Shown piece by piece: positions 1 through 8,718 of a stretch of 29,057 nucleotides of DNA (its first letter is position 1; the number at the start of each line of letters is the position of its first letter). A program made the position numbers and the translations under genes. This DNA comes from Candidatus Bathyarchaeota archaeon RBG_16_48_13. GTDB lineage: Archaea; Thermoproteota; Bathyarchaeia; RBG-16-48-13. The stretch lies in NCBI GenBank assembly GCA_001775995.1, contig MEZH01000012.1, positions 24,555 through 53,611 of the forward strand. Direction: 5' to 3'. The notes under the pieces were generated by a model. That model was not told where the DNA came from. It made no database searches and saw only the letters and a program-made list of their open reading frames with translations.

Positions 1-123
1 GGTCGTGGTCGCTATCACGAGCCGCTCGTAGGGAGCGGGAAACAGAATCGGATATCCCACAGCCACTATGGCAGCACCCAAGACGATTAGTATTCCAATA
101 ATTGCGATCACTTTTCGATTCAT
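1..123 (-). CDS. tupA: Tungstate ABC transporter substrate-binding protein, TupA-like (5' part only, runs off the window)
   Basis: Not in the ORF track. Hand translation from ATG at 123: MNRKVIAIIGILIVLGAAIVAVGYPILFPAPYERLVIATTT. This is a basic N-terminus, a hydrophobic anchor, then L-x-I-A-T-T-T, matching the start of the TupA-family ATTTS motif. It is divergent from a ModE-family regulator. Confidence 0.7.
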   Translation of the reverse strand, partial: MNRKVIAIIGILIVLGAAIVAVGYPILFPAPYERLVIATTT

Positions 124-147
124 CGTTATAACCTTGCAGATATAACG
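124..147. promoter_or_regulatory. ModE-type operator (CGTTATA-N10-TATAACG)
   Basis: Perfect 7-bp inverted repeat spanning 24 bp: CGTTATA accttgcaga TATAACG. It has the length and outer arms of the ModE consensus CGNTATATA-N6-TATATANCG, directly abuts the tupA start codon and lies next to a ModE-family gene. Confidence 0.7.
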
Positions 148-150
148 CTC

Positions 151-163
151 ATATATATTTTTA
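151..163 (-). promoter_or_regulatory. Probable TATA box for tupA
   Basis: Minus strand TAAAAATATATAT about 28-40 nt upstream of the tupA ATG, consistent with a leaderless or short-leader archaeal transcript. Confidence 0.45.
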
Positions 164-189
164 AGCATATCGATTCATATCCTGAAAGC

Positions 190-1284
190 GTGTCTGAAGG
201 CAAATTCACCCCAAAGTTCAAGGTTTGGCTGGAAGTAGACGGAAAGAGGGCGATCGGAGACCAGGAATCACAAATACTGGAAGGAATACAGAAACTCGGC
301 TCATTTATGGGCACAGCAAAGGCCCTCGGCATCTCCTACGCCCATGCATGGAACTCCATAGACAGCGTGAGCAAGGTCATAGGTGCCTCCGTGGTCGAGG
401 CTAAGGCAGGAGGAAAATATGGCGGCGGCGCAAAACTCACGGACGCAGGCCTAGAATTGTTGAAGAGGTATCAAGAGCTTGAAAGGCGCGCGGAACCCCT
501 AATCTCAGCGCCTACCCAACAGACCAAGCAATCAATTTTCGGTTCCATGACCAAGATTCCGGACTTCACGGTAATAGGCAGCGACTGCATAGGCGTGGAT
601 ATCATTGTCAGAATGATGCTTAGCAAGGAAGAGTTCAGCCGTGAAGTTGTACGGGTTGGCTCATCAGGCGGACTTGCTGCAATAATGATGGGTGAGGCGG
701 ATGTGGCGGGTATCCACCTCTTTGATCAAGAGACCGGATCATACAACGTTCCGTTTCTGCGCAGGTATTGGATCGCCGACAAGGCTGTCCTGATCAGGGG
801 ATACCTCAGAGACTTGGGTCTCATAGTGAAAAAGGGAAACCCAAAGCAGATAGCCGGCGTGGGAGACCTCATCAGACATGACGTGCGATTTGTCAACAGG
901 TCTCTGGGCTCGGGAACGAGAACCATGTTGGATTTGGAGCTGAAGAAGGAGTTTGAGAAGAAAGGCCTCAAATTCAAAGATATCCCTGAGAGAGTGAAGG
1001 GGTATTCCATGGAGCTCAAATCCCACAACGAAGTGGCCGAAGCAATCCTGAAAGGAGGAGCGGACGCGGGCCTCGGCATAAGGGCATCAGCGCTCAATTA
1101 CAAACTTGATTTTCTGCCCGTCACCCAGGAGAATTTTGACTTCGTTGTCGAGGAAGCAAGGTTGGGGAAACCCCTAGTCGGCCTCTTCATGGAACAGCTC
1201 ACCTCGAAGGAATTCAGCAATAAGGCGAAGAGACTCGGGTTGCACACCACCAAGGAGACTGGAAAGACCATATACAACCCTTAA
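190..1284 (+). CDS. ModE-family winged-helix regulator fused to a PBP-like (molybdate/tungstate-sensing, COG1910-type) domain
   Basis: N-terminus FKVWLEVDG...GSFMGTAKALGISYAHAW...GGKYGGGAKLT is ModE_N. C-terminus GSSGGL..GEADVAGIHL, FVNRSLGSGTRTMLD and ADAGLGI match the PBP_like domain also found fused to MoeA. GTG start. Confidence 0.85.
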   Translation: MSEGKFTPKFKVWLEVDGKRAIGDQESQILEGIQKLGSFMGTAKALGISYAHAWNSIDSVSKVIGASVVEAKAGGKYGGGAKLTDAGLELLKRYQELERRAEPLISAPTQQTKQSIFGSMTKIPDFTVIGSDCIGVDIIVRMMLSKEEFSREVVRVGSSGGLAAIMMGEADVAGIHLFDQETGSYNVPFLRRYWIADKAVLIRGYLRDLGLIVKKGNPKQIAGVGDLIRHDVRFVNRSLGSGTRTMLDLELKKEFEKKGLKFKDIPERVKGYSMELKSHNEVAEAILKGGADAGLGIRASALNYKLDFLPVTQENFDFVVEEARLGKPLVGLFMEQLTSKEFSNKAKRLGLHTTKETGKTIYNP

Positions 1285-1334
1285 TTACGAGCTGCCCCTT
1301 CAATTAGACTAGCATTATCCATCGAGGCCAGTTC

Positions 1335-1787
1335 ATGGAGAAGAACCGAACAGGTAGACGATATCTTTCAGGGGTGGTCTGGGACGTCTACCTCTACATA
1401 CTGACCTCAAGTGAGCCCGTCGGGGTCAGGGAGATTGGCAGAGGCTTGAACCTCTCAAGCCCAAGTTTAGCCCAATACCATGTGAATCATCTTCTTGAGA
1501 TGAAGCTCATTGCCCAGACGAAAGATGGCAGATACATAGCCGAAGAGAAGAGCAAGTTGGAGGCCCTGAGGAACTTCGTTCTGCTTAGAGGGACGTTGAT
1601 CTCGAGGATGATCATCTATGGCGCCTTCACGTTGGGACTCACCTTGTTCTACATTATCATCTGGCGCCTTGAATTCAACTTCAGAGACCTCTTCGTGTTA
1701 GCGATTGGGATCATCAGCACATGCATCTTCTTCTACGAGGCGTACAGCCAACACAGGGGCATCAAAGCGGGCGTTCAACAGGTTTGA
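1335..1787 (+). CDS. Membrane-anchored wHTH transcriptional regulator (N-terminal HTH plus 2 C-terminal TM helices)
   Basis: VGVREIGRGLNLSSPSLAQYHVNHL is an ArsR-like HTH. It is followed by two hydrophobic segments (MIIYGAFTLGLTLFYIIIW; LFVLAIGIISTCIFFY). Confidence 0.75.
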   Translation: MEKNRTGRRYLSGVVWDVYLYILTSSEPVGVREIGRGLNLSSPSLAQYHVNHLLEMKLIAQTKDGRYIAEEKSKLEALRNFVLLRGTLISRMIIYGAFTLGLTLFYIIIWRLEFNFRDLFVLAIGIISTCIFFYEAYSQHRGIKAGVQQV

Positions 1788-1847
1788 ACGGGCGTTCTAA
1801 TGCTTAGGATTAAGGGATACACCCACTACATATCTTCATGATCTAAA

Positions 1848-3911
1848 ATGTTCAACCTAAGCGATTTCCGATTTCCCACCATTGGAAGAGGGCTGCTGCT
1901 TAAAGGTTCAGCGGCATTCTTGATAGGAATAACACTTGCCGCAACGATATTTGGCTTTTCAGGGCTTCCGAGCATCATCGTTCCACAGACAAGTTTCTCG
2001 GGCGGGCTCCAGAAATTCTCTTCATACAATGAACTGACGACCTTCCTGAACGAGAGCACATACCCTGCATCGTACTACTATTATAGCAGCGGGGTGCGCG
2101 GCTTGGCCCAGGGCACGTTTGGCGCAGGCAATCTTGCACCCAGCCCTCCCGCATCGAGCGAAGCGACATCGGATTACTCAAAAACGAATATCCAAGTCGA
2201 GGGCGTGGACGAAGCGGACCTTGTGAAGAACGACGGCGAGTACCTTTACCTGCTCTCAAACCAGACTGTCCTAATAGTGAAGGCTTATCCTGCTGAAACG
2301 GCAAGGATCGTGGCTCGAATAGCCTTGAACGGAACATTTGGGGGGCTCTATGTATATGAAAACACATTAACACATATTTCCAGGCTCGTCATCATCGAGA
2401 ATGAACAACCAGTTTACCCCGTGTACGATGTAGTAGGTCCGTACAAGAGGTACTACGGCGGTTATGGTGCGTCGGTGAAGGTGTACGATATTAGTGACAG
2501 AAACTACCCCATCCTGGTCAGGAATGTTTCGGTGAACGGCAGCTACCTCGATTCGAGGATGATAGGAAATTATGCATATGCCATGTTTACAACCGTCGCG
2601 TACCTTCAGGGCAATTCGGTCAGCTTACCCGCATTGGTCGACAATGGCAGAGTTAATGCGATTGAAGCGCCATCCATCTACTACTCGAATGTCTCTGACT
2701 TCTCGTACTCGTTCACGACGATCATATCGATAAATGTGCTGACCAATCAAGAGGTGGTCTCCAAGACCTTGCTGGTTGGCTACGCTAGCTCCGTCTACGT
2801 TTCACTCGACAACATCTATGTGGCCATTCCCAAATATCACTACGGCCCAATCACAACCGCTGACGACCTAACCGAAAAAACGGAAATCCACAGAATTCGC
2901 ATTGAAAATGGAGAAGTCGAATATCAAGCGAGCGGCGCAGTCCCGGGATTCGTCCTGAACCAATTCTCCATGGACGAGTACAACGGATACTTCAGAATCG
3001 CTACAACGACCGATCAATACGGGGGCGTATTTGTAGGGCTTGTCCCAGGCCAGAATTCCTTCGCTACCAGCACATCAACACAATCGCTCTCTCGGAGCCA
3101 AGTATACGTCCTCAACATGAGCCTTGCTACAGTGGGCAGCGTCACAGATCTCGCTCCGGGCGAAAGGATATACTCTGCAAGGTTCATGGGCACAAGATGC
3201 TATTTGGTCACCTTCCAGAAGATTGATCCCCTCTTCGTGATTGGCTTGGAGAATCCTACCGAGCCAAAAGTCCTGGGAAAACTGAAGATCCCTGGCTACT
3301 CCGATTATCTGCAGCCGTACGACGAAACCCACCTGATCGGGATAGGCAAATGGACAGTCGAGTCTGAAGAAGGGGACTTCGCCTGGTATCAAGGGGTCAA
3401 AATCTCCATATTCGACGTCAGCGATGTCGCGAATCCCAGGGAGGTAGCGAATTTCTCGATCGGAGACAGGGGAACAGATTCGCCAGTCTTGCAAGACCAT
3501 AAAGCTCTGCTATTCGACAAGGAGAAGAACCTGTTAGCGATACCTGTAACCATTGCCAAGATCGACACAACACAATACTCGAATGTCCAAGTGGTGCGAC
3601 CCGGCGAACCTGGGGCGAGCAACCAGAGCAAATCCTCTGAGGCGGAAATCCCGCCTTGGGCCTACGGCAACTACGTATGGCAAGGTCTCTACGTCTTCCG
3701 CGTGACCGAGAACAGCATCACCCTCAGAGGCAACATAACCCATATCGAGGATCCGTCCGTCTTCCTGAAGAGCGGATACTACTACTCCTCCGACTATTCG
3801 GTGGAAAGGTCACTCTACATAGGCAACGTCCTCTACACAATCTCCAACAGGATGATCAAGATGAACGACCTGACGAACCTGGAGCTGATCAACAAAATCC
3901 AGCTATCATAG
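1848..3911 (+). CDS. Secreted or membrane-anchored beta-propeller domain protein (Beta_propel / COG4880-like)
   Basis: N-terminal hydrophobic anchor. Hallmark motifs DYSKTNIQVEGVDEADLVKNDG, LNQFSMDEYNGYFRIATT, GERIYSARF, TFQKIDPLFVI and LKIPGYSDYL. Confidence 0.9.
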   Translation: MFNLSDFRFPTIGRGLLLKGSAAFLIGITLAATIFGFSGLPSIIVPQTSFSGGLQKFSSYNELTTFLNESTYPASYYYYSSGVRGLAQGTFGAGNLAPSPPASSEATSDYSKTNIQVEGVDEADLVKNDGEYLYLLSNQTVLIVKAYPAETARIVARIALNGTFGGLYVYENTLTHISRLVIIENEQPVYPVYDVVGPYKRYYGGYGASVKVYDISDRNYPILVRNVSVNGSYLDSRMIGNYAYAMFTTVAYLQGNSVSLPALVDNGRVNAIEAPSIYYSNVSDFSYSFTTIISINVLTNQEVVSKTLLVGYASSVYVSLDNIYVAIPKYHYGPITTADDLTEKTEIHRIRIENGEVEYQASGAVPGFVLNQFSMDEYNGYFRIATTTDQYGGVFVGLVPGQNSFATSTSTQSLSRSQVYVLNMSLATVGSVTDLAPGERIYSARFMGTRCYLVTFQKIDPLFVIGLENPTEPKVLGKLKIPGYSDYLQPYDETHLIGIGKWTVESEEGDFAWYQGVKISIFDVSDVANPREVANFSIGDRGTDSPVLQDHKALLFDKEKNLLAIPVTIAKIDTTQYSNVQVVRPGEPGASNQSKSSEAEIPPWAYGNYVWQGLYVFRVTENSITLRGNITHIEDPSVFLKSGYYYSSDYSVERSLYIGNVLYTISNRMIKMNDLTNLELINKIQLS

Positions 3912-3915
3912 GAAG

Positions 3916-3953
3916 TCCTTCGCAAGGCGAGAAGGAACAACAACTCTTTTTTT
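3916..3953 (+). terminator. Hairpin plus T7 tract after the beta-propeller gene
   Basis: TCCTTC...GAAGGA stem (3916-3936) followed by a T7 run (3947-3953). Confidence 0.5.
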
Positions 3954-4031
3954 GGAAGAATCCCGGAAACGCGAGAAGACAACAAAAACTTTTATCTACC
4001 GTGCCATTTTCTTTAAGCTCTCGGTGTCCCT

Positions 4032-5138
4032 ATGTCGGAAAAGTCAGTTATGGTAGTCGGTGGGGCGGGAATCGTGGGGACTAACGCTGTCGGTTACATA
4101 ACCCATACTCCCGGCATCGAACGAGTCATTATCGCAGATATGAACGAGTCGCGAGGAGCCATGCTGGCCAATGGCAACACACTCAGCACCGCTCTTCTCG
4201 GATTGTATCCGAAGGTGGAGTTTCAAAAAATGGACCTCTCCAAAGAGGATGCGGTCGTATTAATTCTCGAGGAGAAGAAACCGAAGGCCATCCTCAACAT
4301 GGCCACGATGTTCTCTAGCTACTCCTATGCTCCGTTGATCGAGAATAGGCTCAAGGAGCTGGGAATAAGATCAAGGCTGGCGGGGCACTCCTTCGCCAAG
4401 GACTTCGTGCCAATCTACAAGCTAATGAAAGCGGTCAAAAAGTCGAAGATAGATACTAGGGTTGTGAACATAGCCTTCCCGGATCATACGAATCCGGTAC
4501 TCGGAAAGGTCGGGTTGGCACCGACATCTGGAGCAGGGACTATAGACTTGACGGTCGAGGCCATGAAGATGAAGATCGCTGAAAAGCTCAACGCGCCCAT
4601 CCACAACATACAGGTCACCTTTGTGACGCACCACGCCCTCAGGGCTTACCCTGCTGGGGACGTACCATACTTCTTGAGGATAAGACTCGGCGACGAAGAC
4701 ATCACCAAGAAGTTTGACGCCAACAAGCTCATCCACGAATCGGTTCAGGCGACTTTTGGCCAGGAGAACAACGCGATGGTGACCGCTTCATCGGGAGCGA
4801 AGATAACCCTCAACATCCTGAACAACACGGGGATATTGGGCCATGCCCCGGGTGTAAAGGGCCTGCCGGGGGGCTACCCCGTCCGTTTGACGTGGAATGG
4901 ACCAGAGATAATTCTGCCCCCAGATATGAGCATGGAAGAAGCAAAGGGGCTAAATGACGTGGGCATGAAAATGGACGGTATAGAGAAGATAGAAGACGAC
5001 GGAACCATTGTCTTTACCGAGCCTACCATCAGGCTGATGAAGGACTTCCTCGGCATTAGCTGGAACAGAATGAGGATCAGCGAAGCAGAGAAGATGGCGC
5101 AGGAACTAATAGCTGCCTATAAGCGAGCGGGAGCTTAG
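4032..5138 (+). CDS. Uncharacterised NAD(P)-binding Rossmann oxidoreductase with divergent LDH/MDH-like architecture (paralog A)
   Basis: VVGGAGIVG nucleotide-binding loop and IIAD at the end of beta-2, then VVNIAFPDHTN, GAGTIDL and GLPGGYPVRL. No specific function recognised. Confidence 0.65.
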   Translation: MSEKSVMVVGGAGIVGTNAVGYITHTPGIERVIIADMNESRGAMLANGNTLSTALLGLYPKVEFQKMDLSKEDAVVLILEEKKPKAILNMATMFSSYSYAPLIENRLKELGIRSRLAGHSFAKDFVPIYKLMKAVKKSKIDTRVVNIAFPDHTNPVLGKVGLAPTSGAGTIDLTVEAMKMKIAEKLNAPIHNIQVTFVTHHALRAYPAGDVPYFLRIRLGDEDITKKFDANKLIHESVQATFGQENNAMVTASSGAKITLNILNNTGILGHAPGVKGLPGGYPVRLTWNGPEIILPPDMSMEEAKGLNDVGMKMDGIEKIEDDGTIVFTEPTIRLMKDFLGISWNRMRISEAEKMAQELIAAYKRAGA

Positions 5139-5218
5139 CTTCCTTTTCTTTCTGTTTCTAGAATCTTGGGAATATCGGCTTTCGCTTCCAGAAAAAAAAT
5201 AGAAAGAGGAAGATTGGG
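5139..5218. terminator. Bidirectional pyrimidine/T-rich terminator region between convergent genes
   Basis: T-rich tract at 5141-5158 on +, and A8 at 5192-5199 (T8 on -). Confidence 0.5.
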
Positions 5219-6331
5219 TCAAGCCAGTTTCTTGTAAGCGGAGATCAATTCCTGAGTCATCTTGTCCACTTCGGACACCCGCATTCTCGTCCACTTCATG
5301 CCCAACAGTTCATCCATGAGCCTGACGGTTTCTTTTGTAAAAACCACCGTTCCGTCGTCCTCGAATCTCTCGATCCCGTCGTACTTCATCCCTTCTTCGT
5401 TGATCTTCAGGGCGTCTCTTAGTGATACTTCTGGCGGCAATGCAAGATCCACTTCATCGGCCAAGCGAACTGGATAACCACCTGGCAGTCCTTTGATCCC
5501 AGGGGCATGGCGAATTTCTCCGGTATTGTTCAGTACTGCCCATGCGTTTTGTGCCCCCGAGGAAGCGGCCAACATGTTGGCGTCAGCCTTCCCACCGCCG
5601 TTCTGCGCGCCCTCCCAAAGCATCTCATCTTTCTTGAACTTCTCTGTAACGTCTTCCTCCCCGACTCTGATCTTCAGGTAAGCCGGGAATTTCTTGACGT
5701 ACTCTGCAGCGAACATAGCGCGGATTGAGTGGTGCACTATCAGAGTCACCGAGACGTTTCGAACAGGCACCCTGAGCCTTCTAGAGACAGCTACGCGGAT
5801 TCCATTGGCCGTCAGATCGATAGTGCCCGCGCCGACCGTCGGGGCCAAACCGATCTTGCCTAGCACGCAGTTGGTGTGGTCAGGAAATGATACGTTCACG
5901 ACTTTGCTGGCCACGCCGGATGCTTTGACGGCTTCCATGAGCTTCATCGTCAGGTAAAGATCCTTCGCAATTGTGTGTCCTGCCAATCTGCTGGTCACTG
6001 GGAACTTTTTCTCTGCTATTAGTCTTCGTTCCGCAGGAACATAGTTGGCCAACATGGTGGAGGTATTGAGTATGACTGTCGGCTGAGTTTCTCCCAAAAC
6101 CTTAGTCGTTCCATCTTTGTCCGAGAGGTCGACTCTCTTGAATTCCAGTTTCGGATAGAAGCCATGAATTGATGAACTGACCGCAATACTATTGATGACG
6201 CGGTCCGCCATGTCCTGGTTTATGTCAGCCACGATAATCTTGTCGACACCGGGCATCCGTGCCAAATAATTGATTGCCCACATTCCCACATTGCCCGCCC
6301 CACCGGCTACAAAAATGCTTTTTTCGATCAC
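5219..6331 (-). CDS. Uncharacterised NAD(P)-binding Rossmann oxidoreductase (paralog B of 4032..5138)
   Basis: Same motifs as paralog A (VAGGAGNVG, IIVAD, VVNVSFPDHTN, GAGTIDLT, GLPGGYPVRL). Start re-placed at GTG 6331 (VIEKSIFV aligns with MSEKSVMV), preceded by GGGGG. The ORF-track extension to 6445 looks non-coding. Confidence 0.65.
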   Translation of the reverse strand: MIEKSIFVAGGAGNVGMWAINYLARMPGVDKIIVADINQDMADRVINSIAVSSSIHGFYPKLEFKRVDLSDKDGTTKVLGETQPTVILNTSTMLANYVPAERRLIAEKKFPVTSRLAGHTIAKDLYLTMKLMEAVKASGVASKVVNVSFPDHTNCVLGKIGLAPTVGAGTIDLTANGIRVAVSRRLRVPVRNVSVTLIVHHSIRAMFAAEYVKKFPAYLKIRVGEEDVTEKFKKDEMLWEGAQNGGGKADANMLAASSGAQNAWAVLNNTGEIRHAPGIKGLPGGYPVRLADEVDLALPPEVSLRDALKINEEGMKYDGIERFEDDGTVVFTKETVRLMDELLGMKWTRMRVSEVDKMTQELISAYKKLA

Positions 6332-6557
6332 TTCATTTCCCCCAGAAATTCCTCGCTCATATCTCGTATGGAAACTACTATAAATAATTGATTCAGAGGC
6401 CTCAGTCACCCACGGAAAACAAGTAAGCGCGCGCGAGACCTCCAACCTCTATTGGACAAACGGATTCACCATGGGACAACCGTCCCTGGGGACAGCTCTC
6501 TTAGAAGATGAGGACAATACTATTTTAAGGTCAAAACCTATAGTCTATTGATAATCC

Positions 6558-7772
6558 TTGTTGAGGATTGGCATAATAGGAAAAACCAACACTGGCAAAA
6601 CTACCTTTTTCAATTCCGCAACAATGCTTTCAGGCGAGATGTCCTCCTATCCGTTCACCACTAAGCAACCCAATATTGGGACGAGTCATGTGCAGACTGT
6701 CTGCGCATGCAGAGAATTGAAGGTCAGAGACAACCCGCAAAACTCGACATGCATTGATGGCTGGCGCTTCATTCCTGTTGAACTCGTAGATCTACCGGGT
6801 CTGATCAAGGACGCTTGGACAGGTAGAGGTCTTGGAAACCAGTTCTTGAGCGTAGCTGCCCAAGCAGATGCTTTACTCCATGTCGTGGACGCCTCGGGAA
6901 GCATAAATGCCGAGGGCGAGATAACCAAGCCGGGCATGGGGAACCCCGTGATCGATGCTTACGATATTGAGGAGGAGCTAGTCATGTGGTTCGCCAAGGC
7001 TGTCGAGAGGAACAAGAAAAGGGTCCTCAGGCAAATGACGAGAGCAAGTCTGCCCTTGGACAAAGCCTTATCCGATGTTCTGGGAGGATTCAAGGTTAGA
7101 CTCGAACAAGTACAATTGGCTCTGAGAAGATCTGCTCTCGAATTCAAGGATATTGATAAGTGGACATGGGAAGACATCAAGAGTTTTTCCAAAGAGGTCA
7201 GGGAGGTCTCCAAACCCACGATCATCATAGCGAATAAAATGGATCTCCCTACAGCGGAGAAGAATTTTGAATTGATGACTGAGACATTCAGGGGGAAGTT
7301 GGTGATTCCCTGTTGTAGCGAAGCCGAACTGGCTCTTCGAAGGGCTGAGCAAAAAGGGGTCATAAAGTACATACCGGGAGAAGAGGCTTTCCGAGTCTTA
7401 GAGGAGGAAGAGCTCACCAAGGAACAAGCATGGGCCCTGAACTACGTGCAGGATAGAGTCTTATCGAAATTCATGACTACAGGGATCCAATACGCTCTCA
7501 ACACTTGCATCTTCAAACTTCTCAGGATGAACACAATTTACCCCGTGGAAGACGCCGCTAACCTTTCCGACAAAAAGGGCAACGTTCTACCGGACGTGTT
7601 CCTGATGCCGAACAATGATACAATCCGAGATCTAGCAGCTCAGATTCACACCCAGTTGCTGGATACGATGATCCATGCAGTGGATGTCAGAACTGGCTTG
7701 AGGCTGCCGTTGGACTATGTTCTGAAGGACAGAGATATCATCAACATAGTCACCGCGGCGAGACGAAAATGA
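6558..7772 (+). CDS. ychF: Archaeal YchF/OLA1-type Obg-family GTPase/ATPase
   Basis: GKTNTGKTT P-loop, YPFTT, DLPGL, GRGLGNQFL, ANKMD and a C-terminal TGS-like domain. TTG start. Confidence 0.9.
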   Translation: MLRIGIIGKTNTGKTTFFNSATMLSGEMSSYPFTTKQPNIGTSHVQTVCACRELKVRDNPQNSTCIDGWRFIPVELVDLPGLIKDAWTGRGLGNQFLSVAAQADALLHVVDASGSINAEGEITKPGMGNPVIDAYDIEEELVMWFAKAVERNKKRVLRQMTRASLPLDKALSDVLGGFKVRLEQVQLALRRSALEFKDIDKWTWEDIKSFSKEVREVSKPTIIIANKMDLPTAEKNFELMTETFRGKLVIPCCSEAELALRRAEQKGVIKYIPGEEAFRVLEEEELTKEQAWALNYVQDRVLSKFMTTGIQYALNTCIFKLLRMNTIYPVEDAANLSDKKGNVLPDVFLMPNNDTIRDLAAQIHTQLLDTMIHAVDVRTGLRLPLDYVLKDRDIINIVTAARRK

Positions 7773-7857
7773 GATTGCGTTTTTCCCTAAATTGTGAAGA
7801 GAGAATTTATTATTCTTCCTATGTCTTTTCCTTCCAATTCTCTTGATCTGTAATTAG

Positions 7858-8583
7858 CTACGATTTTCCGAAGACAGGGATCGCTGCGCCACTGGTGACC
7901 TTTGAGGAGTCTGATACAAGGAATAGGATTACTTTGGCCACATCTTCAGTGTCCACCCATTTTGAGGTGTCGGCACCTGGGAAGTTCCTCAAGTTTTCCT
8001 CCGTCTTCATAGTGCTCGGCATTATGCAATTCACATTAATGTTGTAGTCTTTGACTTCCTCTGCAATGGTTTCGGTTAGGATTTTAACACCCGTCTTGGA
8101 GATTGCGTAGGCTCCTGATTTGCCCCGCCTTCTCCTGTCGACCGCAGGGCGGGCAGAGATGCTGAGAATCTTCCCATAGTTTTCCTTCATCATGTGCGGC
8201 AGAACATACTTTGAGCACAAGAAGGTCGATTTGAGGTTCAGCTCAATCATGTTGTTGAACTCCTCAAGAGTAGTATCAGCTACTGTGCTGCCACCCTTGT
8301 AGCCACCGACTATGTTCAACAGAATATCGACTCTGCCGAATTCTTCAATTGTATGACGGACGAGGCTCATGACGCTCTCTTCATTTCCTACATCAGCTTC
8401 AACACCAGTTAGCTTGTCTTTTAACGGCCCCAGGTACTCGGCCAAGCCCTCGAGTTTGTCCCTGGATCTGTAAGCAGTCACTACCCTAGCATCATTCTCA
8501 AGAAGAGCTTTCACAACAGAGTGCCCCAGGGCACCTGTTCCACCTGTGACAATTGCAATCTTGCCACTCAGACCAAGATCCAA
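7858..8583 (-). CDS. Short-chain dehydrogenase/reductase (SDR)
   Basis: TGGTGALG cofactor motif, DILLNIVGG and catalytic YAISK. Confidence 0.9.
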   Translation of the reverse strand: MDLGLSGKIAIVTGGTGALGHSVVKALLENDARVVTAYRSRDKLEGLAEYLGPLKDKLTGVEADVGNEESVMSLVRHTIEEFGRVDILLNIVGGYKGGSTVADTTLEEFNNMIELNLKSTFLCSKYVLPHMMKENYGKILSISARPAVDRRRRGKSGAYAISKTGVKILTETIAEEVKDYNINVNCIMPSTMKTEENLRNFPGADTSKWVDTEDVAKVILFLVSDSSKVTSGAAIPVFGKS

Positions 8584-8718
8584 TTAGCTCACCAACCGAT
8601 AACTCGCAATGCGTCAATTAAAGACTAGCGATCTCAATTGAGAATAAGCATTAGGTCAAATGAAGCTCCAGGGGGTATTGAAACCCAGCGAAAAGGGGAT
8701 CATGAAAATAAGAAAGGA

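Noticed and set aside
1786-1797. GAAC-N4-GTTC matching the Gram-positive LexA (Cheo) box
   Set aside because: Archaeal context, no SOS gene downstream, and an 8-bp match is expected by chance.
6441-6486. Two small hairpins (TCCAA/TTGGA, GGGAC/GTCCC) upstream of ychF
   Set aside because: The 5-bp stems are at background level.
8632-8643. Perfect 12-bp palindrome TCTCAATTGAGA upstream of the SDR promoter
   Set aside because: Several 12-bp palindromes are expected by chance in 29 kb, and I found no second copy or candidate regulator.
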